NCBI GenBank assembly: GCA_051294905.1
Contig: CM119373.1
Location: 2,482,001 to 2,546,000 of the forward strand
DNA length: 64,000 nt
Source: Botryllus schlosseri
Taxonomy: Eukaryota
Reading direction: 5' to 3'
Both the position numbers and the translations under genes were made by a program. How positions within the stretch are numbered: position 1 is the stretch's first letter; every line of letters begins with the position of its first letter. Below, one piece after another: positions 1 through 10,321 of this stretch. The notes under the pieces are model-generated. The model saw only the letters and a program-made list of their open reading frames with translations, had not been told where the DNA came from and searched no databases.

Positions 1-1902
1 GGATTAAGCAGTGCGTGCGACAGACGGTGATTCGAATATCAACAATAGTCGCGTTCGCAAACTAACACTTCAAAAAGATGTGAAATATTTGTAAAATCCT
101 ACGATCGCTCACAAGATACCACTTCCGGCAAATCGATCTATCACTCAATACACAACCGAAGTTGAATTGTAATTGAATGCGTAAATTTATCACCTCGACA
201 TCAAAATTCGAAAACAACAACTTGACGCTTTATGTTCTCACTCTAATTTCATGATAAGTGTAATAAGTGCCGAATAACAGATACATCACCGGCGAGACTT
301 GAATACCAACAAATTGTCACTTATTTCTATTCTAGCCGTAATCCTTTGTGAAGTTAACGCTTATTCAAAAAGGTGTGAAATAGTTTGCAAAACCCCGCGA
401 TCACTGACAAGATAATGTCTCGGACATACCCATCTTTCGCGACTTGGTGTCATAGCCATACCGATCGCTCACGCGGTGAAATTTTAGTAATCAGTTTGTC
501 ACAGAACTAGATTTCACTGGTAAGATTTAATAAATACCGACTATCAGAACCATCAGTGTGGGTAACTTGAATAGCAACAAATTGTCACTTATTTCCGACG
601 AGAAATTCACTAAACCGCAGTACATTGTGTGATTTTGAAAAACAGATGTTTGCGCTTGCGTTTTGATATGTGCGACCCACTAACTACATCCGTTTTGCGA
701 ACACGGCTTGTTGTGAGGATTACGCGCGCGCCCTATATTTCGAATGACCTGCGCGCTGAAGTGCGAAATAGTTTGCTAAATCTAGTAATCAGTCGCAAGG
801 TGTTACTTTAGTAATTAGTTTACCATAGAACCGGCGTAGCCGGTGATTCGAATACCGACAAATTTTCACTTATTTCTGACCCAACCCTAATCCTCTGTGA
901 AGTTGACGCTTATTCAAAAAGGTGTGAAATAATTGTAAAATCCTAATCCGAAACCGATTATTTTGACTTTGGCGTAGTGTGCATTGAAATAGGATTGACA
1001 AACATGACTAGCAACTTCCCCACAGTCCCGTTTCGATATTATACACACATTGATTTGAAACAAGTAATGTAACATTACAACTCTATTCCCGATCCAGCTT
1101 TCCGTTTGTCAAAGAGACATTTTAACATCTTACCATACTCAAAAGAATTATTCACAACATTAACAAGTGTTTAAAATCTAGTTTTCACTTACTTGGCTAT
1201 ATCAGTACAACTCGCAAACTTGAATTAATTCATCTGGTTGTATTCATAGGACCGATAATTTTTATCCAACTGTAAAGGTCGTTATACTATTCTGTAAGAC
1301 AGAGTATTTACTAATCGGTGCATATACGATTTGACTTGGTCATATTATATTTTGAGTATACGAGATTTGAGTGTCAGAACAATAACTGAGAATTAAATTA
1401 TCACAATTGAATCCATATACGACAGCGTGAATTAAATTATCACAATTGAATCCATATACGACAGCGTAAAAGATATTGGGATGTCAGCATCTCTTTACGG
1501 TTATAGTTACAACCACATTACCTAATTTACCCGACCAACTCGTCATGATCATTCCCGAAATCAACACAAACATGACTACTGACTTGAGTCAACCACAAAA
1601 CAGCATCAAGTTTTAAATCCACTTGTAGCTTACGGCTTATTTGAATGCGGGTTATGTTTTGTTGTAATTGAGTGTACGGAAATAGTATTACGTCTCGACA
1701 TCTCACCATCTTACCATACTCAAAGAGTCAACCACGAAAACATTGTCAAGTAAATCCGTTTGTAACTTACCCAACCAACTCAAACAGTATCAGTATGAAA
1801 AACAGCCAAACATACACGAATCCATACAATCACTAAAACCTAAAATCCATAACAAGCTTGGTTGTATTCATATCCCTACACATCTTTTTTTATTCAGCTT
1901 CA
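1..1902 (+). repeat. Left arm of long near-perfect inverted repeat (pairs with 7207-9108); runs off the window start
   Basis: Position x pairs with 9109-x; mirrored ORFs 629..811/8298..8480 and 1527..1709/7400..7582; one mismatch noticed (358 vs 8751). Confidence 0.97.
1390..1467 (+). repeat. Perfect 39-bp tandem duplication (mirrored at 7642-7719)
   Basis: gaattaaattatcacaattgaatccatatacgacagcgt x2. Confidence 0.95.
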
Positions 1903-4469
1903 AAAGTCGTTACTATTCTGTAAGATAGAGGAATTACTACGCGGTATATTCTGCAAGACAAACTAATTACTACTCGGTATATTTTGTAAGACAAAAGTAA
2001 TTACTTCTCAGTGTCGGCGACTTGAGATTAACATAATATGTTTGAGTATACGAGATTTGAAAGTCCGACCAACGTAGTTGAGAATTCATTTCTTACAATC
2101 GAACAACGGTGTTATATTCAAAGTTATCATGCTGTGAACATAAGATTGACACATTGATTTGACATATGAGATTTGTAATAGTTGATCATTACTTTATTAT
2201 TAAATTATTTGCGTTAATTAGACCCGGCGTTATGGTAAATGTTATGACAGCAACAAACTTTTCAGTACCAATGTTATTAACACATTAAGCTGTAAAACTA
2301 TGTATGTCTGAAATGTTCTTGATAGGAAAATTACTCCACCTTGGTAAAAATCACTCTGCGTATTGCGGATATCAGAAAATATTTCCAGTACCCAAGACTA
2401 AAGATGAAACGACAATTTCGTTTGCTGATTAACAACCGGTACAATACTTTATCATCATAATCCGCGGTGAGAATTGAAACACTTTCGCGCATTACCCGGT
2501 GTCAAGATATCACACTAGGTGAATTGACATACCGCCGCTTGAATAATACCTAATCCGTTCGCACCATTTCACATACTTTGATCATTACAAAAGTAAATTG
2601 TGATATGTTTGTTAGATGCATTCAATTCAACTAGAAGTGTCTGGTACACAACAATCGTAATATCGAAAAAGTACTTGCCACACTGTTATTTGCTAAACGT
2701 GTTTTGCATTGTTGTTCATTTGTAGTATTGATTGTTTTTGAACCCCCAAATCATAATTCCCGACATGAAACCAAGCCGCTGAAAGTCGTTACCATCACGA
2801 AGATACAATGTGCACGATGATTGTCAAATGTGTCCTACCTGGCCAACAGAAAACAATTTTCACTCACTCGAAATGAAACCAATGTGATGGTCTCCATTCG
2901 ATATTTTGTTTGTGTCAAATATACTTTGCAATGAACACATTTGCGTGGTTGAGCTTTGCCATCATCAAGCTGTCATTTGTATCGTTTAATTAACCGACAT
3001 TTAGCGATTGGTGAACATACCGAACGATACACAGTCACTTCGAAATACTCCGTTGATCGTAATTTCCATCATCATAATAATCGAAGTACAATTGCTTCGA
3101 ATCGCTAGAGTGGTTGAGCTTTACATCATCAGACTGCCATCTGTACATCAAGAATACATCCACCTTGTAACTGGGTCGTTTACCTAACCGAGTTGTATGC
3201 ACAGTTTGATATTTAGCGATTGCAGAACATACCATTTCGAAATACTGCGTTGATCTCAATTCCTTTGTCGTGATAATCGAAGTATATTTGTTTCGATTTC
3301 ATAAAAACCAACTTTTCTATGACATGATAAATTTTTGAAAAGTTATACTTAGAAGGTTGGTGCATATCGCGAAAAATAATATACCACCCATATTGATATT
3401 GCTACTCCATTGATCGGTATTTTCACGCGAGTCGATTTTCAAATGAGTAAAATTTATTACATGAGTTTCTCCGCTTAATGTAAATGAAAACTCAGTCGTC
3501 TTTTAACATCACAAAGACATTGATAAAAAGTAAGCAATCAAACACAACACTTTGTACGACACTAGTTATTGTTCCACACATCTCATTTCATACTAAGTGT
3601 TTACGAAAGATATTCATGATGCACGAAAATATTCGCTCATGCTACAAACCTGTAGAATGATTGGTGGTGCAAGGCCAGCACAATTGTGGTATCCATCCGA
3701 GTTTAGTTAACACAAATTTATTACAACAGAGCCACGTAAACTTTCGTGAAAGAAAAGCATACTCACTTTCAGAGGGTTATGTCAATGCCATAGCAGTAAA
3801 TCAAAAATATTCCTAACCCTTTGCACACCGGTGACAAATCATACAACAAACATTTTTTGTGAGTCGAATTGTTGTTCAGTGTCAAGTCTACCTGTTGAAA
3901 AGTGCATTAAAACAACACAGTCACAATTCAATTAAAACCACGAATCTATTTTCATTTCGTCACATACAGAAAAATAAATTTTCTTTCCCCAACACATACT
4001 TGTAACCAATCGCTTTCATTAAACACACAACTCCATAAAAGTATTTACTTTCTACAACATAGACATTCCGATGTAGTCAAGAAATATTAAAACGGACACG
4101 ACACGACTGAATGTAAGGGGATAGAAGTCTATCGCATCGATTTACATGTGGTCTTCGCTACGGCTTCAAAAAACGCATCATCTATTTTGCATTGGTCGAG
4201 ACCGAGCGAGCCAGTTACATGTATTCGCGGTAATGATTTTTCTTGTCATATGCGAATGATAGGTTTACTACTCCGACAAATCAAATCAACAAACAACAAC
4301 AATCTTCTGACGATCATAATAGCAATTTCATTTGCCACCCCTTCGTAATTGTACACGCACGAAAAGTATATTGTACAACTCGGCAACTACGTTTAACAAG
4401 ACCAATCACACTACCAGCGTTGAACGCAAGATACCTACCCAAGTCAAAAATATCATACGGGTTTGGACA

Positions 4470-4791
4470 ACTGACGTTTACCTGTGTAAAATTATCATTT
4501 TCACTTGGCGATCTATCCTTTCCTAGAGTAACAAACCCTTGTCGTTTACAAATCTATTTTTTTTTCCTACAACAAAAAACTATTTTCACTTGGAAAAATA
4601 CTTTTACCTAGAGTAACTAATCATTTTCTTTTAAAAATATATTTTCTCCCTGGGTAACAAACCCTTTTCGTTTGGAAAACTATCATTTACCTGAGTACCA
4701 ATACCGTTTTCACTTGGCAGTCCGTCGTTTACCTGGCTAAACATATCATTTTCACTTGGAAATCTATTTTTTCCCAGAGTAAGAAACCTTT
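4470..4791. repeat. Degenerate ~42-bp tandem repeat, about 8 copies
   Basis: cct(a/g)gagtaac-like motif near 4480, 4522, 4607, 4649, 4690, 4732, 4773; recurring ttttcacttgg. Confidence 0.8.
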
Positions 4792-4869
4792 TTCACATCC
4801 TTGCGTGCAGGGTGAGGGTGAGACAAGGGGAATCCCCCAAAACATACCGTTTCGTGGTCAACATATTTA

Positions 4870-5637
4870 TTATAAAGAGGCGTTACAAAATTTACAATCA
4901 CCACCCTCATAATTGCAATAACCATTTTCTTTGACAAACATATCATGATAACGTGAAGATCTTAAATATTTGGCATACTCTCTAACCAACATATCATTAA
5001 TAATTTCATCAGCAATCATAGGATAACCATTATTTTTTAAAAATTCAGCAGTTTTACGAGTACTATAATTATGGACACAAGGTACTTTATGAGAGTGTCT
5101 AACATGCTTGTGTACTCTACCACCAATTTTACGAGGCCGTTGAGCCCTAATACCTTGGATATAAATAACAACACGCAAATAATGCAAAAATGATGTAATC
5201 TTTTTACGCCTACCCCACCCTTTACCACAATTACGCCAAACAGTCGAGGAATTTTTACTCTCAAGACTGATATAATGGCCGTGATCAATCTCAATATCAT
5301 CATCATAACAACACTCACACCAATGATCATTGACTGGTACAATATGTTTTTTTACTCCATCCTCTTTTTCTTTGGTATAGATGACATGATAAGCGTGATT
5401 AGCCTTGATGACCTTTTTAATAGTGTCATAGTGCCGACAAGTCTCAAGGATGAGTCCTTGTATTTGGCTGTCTTGATCTTTATCCTCATTAACGTAACCC
5501 CAATCTAGTATAGGTAATTTGCCCTCGGCAGCTTTGGGTTTATTTGGTCCCTTTAAACATTTTTTAATATGGCGAGCAATACCAGATTTGTTGATCTCTT
5601 TAACGCAGTGAGGGCACGATACTTTTGTAATCTTCAT
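4870..5637 (-). CDS. 255-aa intronless protein: N-terminal C2HC zinc finger, candidate HUH endonuclease motifs, Cys-rich C-terminus
   Basis: ATG at 5637 (MKITKVSCPHC); C-x2-C-x11-H-x3-C; DHGHYIS; candidate catalytic Tyr in LHYLRVVIYIQ or EYAKYL; C-x6-C-x2-C; TATA upstream and AATAAA at the stop. Function inferred from motifs only. Confidence 0.7.
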   Translation of the reverse strand: MKITKVSCPHCVKEINKSGIARHIKKCLKGPNKPKAAEGKLPILDWGYVNEDKDQDSQIQGLILETCRHYDTIKKVIKANHAYHVIYTKEKEDGVKKHIVPVNDHWCECCYDDDIEIDHGHYISLESKNSSTVWRNCGKGWGRRKKITSFLHYLRVVIYIQGIRAQRPRKIGGRVHKHVRHSHKVPCVHNYSTRKTAEFLKNNGYPMIADEIINDMLVREYAKYLRSSRYHDMFVKENGYCNYEGGDCKFCNASL

Positions 5638-5689
5638 GATGTTCACCCTTTGACAATCTTTTTGGCAATGACAAATGATTGCAAATCAC

Positions 5690-5706
5690 CCTCCTTATAT
5701 ACTTTT
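5690..5706 (-). promoter_or_regulatory. TATA box of the 255-aa ORF, in the unique spacer of the inner palindrome
   Basis: Minus strand aaaaGTATATAAGGagg about 60 bp upstream of the ATG. Confidence 0.55.
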
Positions 5707-5773
5707 TGAGTTTTTTTTTTTATTAAAATAATTAACAAATTACGCATCCAATGAAACAATACAGGCAGAGAGG

Positions 5774-6523
5774 TCGTGCCCTCACTGCGTTAAAGAGATC
5801 AACAAATCTGGTATTGCTCGCCATATTAAAAAATGTTTAAAGGGACCAAATAAACCCAAAGCTGCCGAGGGCAAATTACCTATACTAGATTGGGGTTACG
5901 TTAATGAGGATAAAGATCAAGACAGCCAAATACAAGGACTCATCCTTGAGACTTGTCGGCACTATGACACTATTAAAAAGGTCATCAAGGCTAATCACGC
6001 TTATCATGTCATCTATACCAAAGAAAAAGAGGATGGAGTAAAAAAACATATTGTACCAGTCAATGATCATTGGTGTGAGTGTTGTTATGATGATGATATT
6101 GAGATTGATCACGGCCATTATATCAGTCTTGAGAGTAAAAATTCCTCGACTGTTTGGCGTAATTGTGGTAAAGGGTGGGGTAGGCGTAAAAAGATTACAT
6201 CATTTTTGCATTATTTGCGTGTTGTTATTTATATCCAAGGTATTAGGGCTCAACGGCCTCGTAAAATTGGTGGTAGAGTACACAAGCATGTTAGACACTC
6301 TCATAAAGTACCTTGTGTCCATAATTATAGTACTCGTAAAACTGCTGAATTTTTAAAAAATAATGGTTATCCTATGATTGCTGATGAAATTATTAATGAT
6401 ATGTTGGTTAGAGAGTATGCCAAATATTTAAGATCTTCACGTTATCATGATATGTTTGTCAAAGAAAATGGTTATTGCAATTATGAGGGTGGTGATTGTA
6501 AATTTTGTAACGCCTCTTTATAA
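5774..6523 (+). pseudogene. 5'-truncated inverted copy of the 255-aa ORF (starts at SCPHC, no ATG or TATA)
   Basis: Revcomp of 4870-5619; in-frame TAA at 5729-5731 with no in-frame ATG before the copy. Confidence 0.8.
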
Positions 6524-6568
6524 TAAATATGTTGACCACGAAACGGTATGTTTTGGGGGATTCCCCTT

Positions 6569-7210
6569 GTCTCACCCTCACCCTGCACGCAAGGATGTGA
6601 ACGCTTATTCAAAAGGGCGTCATATATTATTTTAAAATCCGACGACCACTCACCGGATAATGCTTCACATCCTTGCGTGCAGGGTGAGGGTGAGACGTCA
6701 CCTCATCAACGATCACTATACTTACAAGGCACCGGTTGAGCGATAGGGCGTGTTTTTGGGGATTCCCCCTTGTCTCACCCTCACCCTGCACGCAAGGATG
6801 TGAACGCTTATTCAAAAGGGCGTCATATATTATTTTAAAATCCGACGACCACTCACCGGATAATGCTTCACATCCTTGCGTGCAGGGTGAGGGTGAGACG
6901 TCACCTCATCAACGATCACTATACTTACAAGGCACCGGTTGAGCGATAGGGCGTGTTTTTGGGGATTCCCCCTTGTCTCACCCTCACCCTGCACGCAAGG
7001 ATGTGAAGCATTATCCGGTGAGTGGTCGTCGGATTTTAAAATAATATATGACGCCCTTTTGAATAAGCGTTCACATCCTTGCGTGCAGGGTGAGGGTGAG
7101 ACGTCACCTCATCAACGATCACTATACTTACAAGGCACCGGTTGAGCGATAGGGCGTGTTTTTGGGGATTCCCCCTTGTCTCACCCTCACCCTGCACGCA
7201 AGGATGTGAA
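6569..7210. repeat. 203-bp tandem array of hairpins (33-bp perfect stem, 62-bp loop, 75-bp linker); 3 full units plus one half stem; third loop inverted
   Basis: Stem gtctcaccctcaccctgcacgcaaggatgtgaa at 6569, 6772, 6975, 7178 and its revcomp at 6664, 6867, 7070; loop 7008-7069 is the revcomp of loops 6602-6663 and 6805-6866. Confidence 0.95.
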
Positions 7211-9108
7211 GCTGAATAAAAAAAGATGTGTAGGGATATGAATACAACCAAGCTTGTTATGGATTTTAGGTTTTAGTGATTGTATGGATTCGTGTATGTT
7301 TGGCTGTTTTTCATACTGATACTGTTTGAGTTGGTTGGGTAAGTTACAAACGGATTTACTTGACAATGTTTTCGTGGTTGACTCTTTGAGTATGGTAAGA
7401 TGGTGAGATGTCGAGACGTAATACTATTTCCGTACACTCAATTACAACAAAACATAACCCGCATTCAAATAAGCCGTAAGCTACAAGTGGATTTAAAACT
7501 TGATGCTGTTTTGTGGTTGACTCAAGTCAGTAGTCATGTTTGTGTTGATTTCGGGAATGATCATGACGAGTTGGTCGGGTAAATTAGGTAATGTGGTTGT
7601 AACTATAACCGTAAAGAGATGCTGACATCCCAATATCTTTTACGCTGTCGTATATGGATTCAATTGTGATAATTTAATTCACGCTGTCGTATATGGATTC
7701 AATTGTGATAATTTAATTCTCAGTTATTGTTCTGACACTCAAATCTCGTATACTCAAAATATAATATGACCAAGTCAAATCGTATATGCACCGATTAGTA
7801 AATACTCTGTCTTACAGAATAGTATAACGACCTTTACAGTTGGATAAAAATTATCGGTCCTATGAATACAACCAGATGAATTAATTCAAGTTTGCGAGTT
7901 GTACTGATATAGCCAAGTAAGTGAAAACTAGATTTTAAACACTTGTTAATGTTGTGAATAATTCTTTTGAGTATGGTAAGATGTTAAAATGTCTCTTTGA
8001 CAAACGGAAAGCTGGATCGGGAATAGAGTTGTAATGTTACATTACTTGTTTCAAATCAATGTGTGTATAATATCGAAACGGGACTGTGGGGAAGTTGCTA
8101 GTCATGTTTGTCAATCCTATTTCAATGCACACTACGCCAAAGTCAAAATAATCGGTTTCGGATTAGGATTTTACAATTATTTCACACCTTTTTGAATAAG
8201 CGTCAACTTCACAGAGGATTAGGGTTGGGTCAGAAATAAGTGAAAATTTGTCGGTATTCGAATCACCGGCTACGCCGGTTCTATGGTAAACTAATTACTA
8301 AAGTAACACCTTGCGACTGATTACTAGATTTAGCAAACTATTTCGCACTTCAGCGCGCAGGTCATTCGAAATATAGGGCGCGCGCGTAATCCTCACAACA
8401 AGCCGTGTTCGCAAAACGGATGTAGTTAGTGGGTCGCACATATCAAAACGCAAGCGCAAACATCTGTTTTTCAAAATCACACAATGTACTGCGGTTTAGT
8501 GAATTTCTCGTCGGAAATAAGTGACAATTTGTTGCTATTCAAGTTACCCACACTGATGGTTCTGATAGTCGGTATTTATTAAATCTTACCAGTGAAATCT
8601 AGTTCTGTGACAAACTGATTACTAAAATTTCACCGCGTGAGCGATCGGTATGGCTATGACACCAAGTCGCGAAAGATGGGTATGTCCGAGACATTATCTT
8701 GTCAGTGATCGCGGGGTTTTGCAAACTATTTCACACCTTTTTGAATAAGCATTAACTTCACAAAGGATTACGGCTAGAATAGAAATAAGTGACAATTTGT
8801 TGGTATTCAAGTCTCGCCGGTGATGTATCTGTTATTCGGCACTTATTACACTTATCATGAAATTAGAGTGAGAACATAAAGCGTCAAGTTGTTGTTTTCG
8901 AATTTTGATGTCGAGGTGATAAATTTACGCATTCAATTACAATTCAACTTCGGTTGTGTATTGAGTGATAGATCGATTTGCCGGAAGTGGTATCTTGTGA
9001 GCGATCGTAGGATTTTACAAATATTTCACATCTTTTTGAAGTGTTAGTTTGCGAACGCGACTATTGTTGATATTCGAATCACCGTCTGTCGCACGCACTG
9101 CTTAATCC
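7207..9108 (-). repeat. Right arm of long inverted repeat (reverse complement of 1-1902)
   Basis: tgaagctgaata at 7207 is the revcomp of 1891-1902; tgcttaatcc ending at 9108 is the revcomp of 1-10. Confidence 0.97.
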
Positions 9109-9167
9109 TCACAACAAGCCACGTTTCCGTTTGCGCGGTTATTGTTGGTGACTCGTACATATTCAAC

Positions 9168-9548
9168 ACCGCGCGAGAGATGCCTATACCGAAAAGGGTT
9201 ACCGTGTGAGAGGCTCCATAAGACACAACGGCACCGTGCGAGAGATGCCTATACTTGAAAGTACGACTCACCAACACGAGTTTTCGAGGCACCGTGTGAG
9301 AGATGCCTATACCGAAAAGGGTTACCGTGTGAGAGGTTCCATAAGACACAATGACACCATGCGAGAGATGCCTATACTCGAAAGTACGACTCACCAACAC
9401 GAGTTTTCGAGGCACCGTGTGAGAGATGCCTATACCGAAAAGGGTTACCGTGTGAGAGGCTCCATAAGACACAATGGCACCGTGCGAGAGATAGGGGGGG
9501 TCAAAAGGGTCACCGTGCCAACACGAGTTTCGAGGCACCGTGCGAGCG
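9168..9548. repeat. 123-bp GC-rich tandem repeat, about 3 copies, built of ~30-bp subunits ending ccgtg(t/c)gagag
   Basis: atgcctataccgaaaaggg at 9180, 9303, 9426. Confidence 0.92.
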
Positions 9549-9596
9549 GGCCCATAAGAACCCCACGCTAGTTCGCGACCGATCGTATATACTACT

Positions 9597-9842
9597 TACT
9601 TTGAACTGAGAAGCACCACGAACTCAGTTCTCTGTACCGCCCGAAGGGCTCACATTCCGGCTTTTGACAGTCTATGAGTGCGTAATTACGACTGCTTCTC
9701 GCAACTACTTACTTACTTGCTTACTTGAGTAGATTTTAGCGTCGCTACCTCTACTTCTACCTGAAGTAGTTTTAGGATGCTCTTAGAAGGACTACTTCTA
9801 CTCGTACTTGAGTAGCGTTCTTGACTACTTAGACCACATCTG
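9597..9842 (-). mobile_element. One end of a MITE of the 21749-23021 family
   Basis: Revcomp cagatgtggtctaagtagtcaagaacgctactcaagt matches cagaggtggtgaaagtagtcaagaaagctactcaagt; similarity continues to about 9630. Confidence 0.75.
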
Positions 9843-10321
9843 GTGACGAGATCCACTGTGTTTTGGTATCGAAGTTCTGTGGTACTCAATTTATGTGCTA
9901 AATTTGTTGTTAAAATACTTTCTTGCCACATCGAATGCCTCCATACACGAGATCAACACATTCAATGCATGCAGCAGAACGCTGCCAGGGTATATAGCTA
10001 CGAGCCTTATGTACAGTAGTGACCGAACTGTAGTATTGTAAAAAATCGCAATGACATATTGCTGTTCGCAAATTTGAATTGATTAGTGTAAATACGTTTA
10101 ACTGGCAATATTTATTTCGTGGTACCATAACCATCTCGTGTTTGGACACTTCAAGTACTTCTTGCAGTTAAGAAATTATAATGAGCTATATGTTCGACTT
10201 GACGCTCCATGAGTGAATAGGAATTAAATCACCCACGTTGTTGTTGTTGTTGTAGTAGTAGTTTGTGGTACTACTACTACTTGGCAGTCCTCAGTTTTCA
10301 GGCAAAACTAATCCTAGAATA

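Larger units (their letters stand above)
4792..6601. repeat. Inner inverted repeat: 828-bp arms 4792-5619 and 5774-6601, 154-bp spacer
   Basis: Position x pairs with 11393-x; mirrored ORFs 5037..5342/6051..6356 and 5275..5508/5885..6118. Confidence 0.97.
1..9596. mobile_element. Rearranged palindromic element with Polinton/Maverick-like right terminus; no polymerase, integrase or capsid gene seen
   Basis: Long inverted arms; right end reads AGTAGTATATA... on the minus strand; GC-rich subterminal repeats; sequence after 9596 is half of an interrupted MITE. Confidence 0.5.

Noticed and set aside
5037..6356. Hydrophobic ORFs overlapping the 255-aa gene
   Set aside because: Alternate-frame and antisense shadows, duplicated by the palindrome
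6569..7210. CRISPR-like repeat-spacer array
   Set aside because: Repeats alternate in orientation, spacers are identical or inverted copies, no cas genes, eukaryotic context
9044..9571. ORFs 9044..9538 and 9206..9571
   Set aside because: Open only because the repeat unit is 123 bp (41 codons); both strands open; no protein features
9530..9572. Helitron 3' end (GC hairpin then CTAG|T)
   Set aside because: Hairpin is weak and the AGTAGT-type end at 9596 fits the flanking MITE boundary better; not fully excluded
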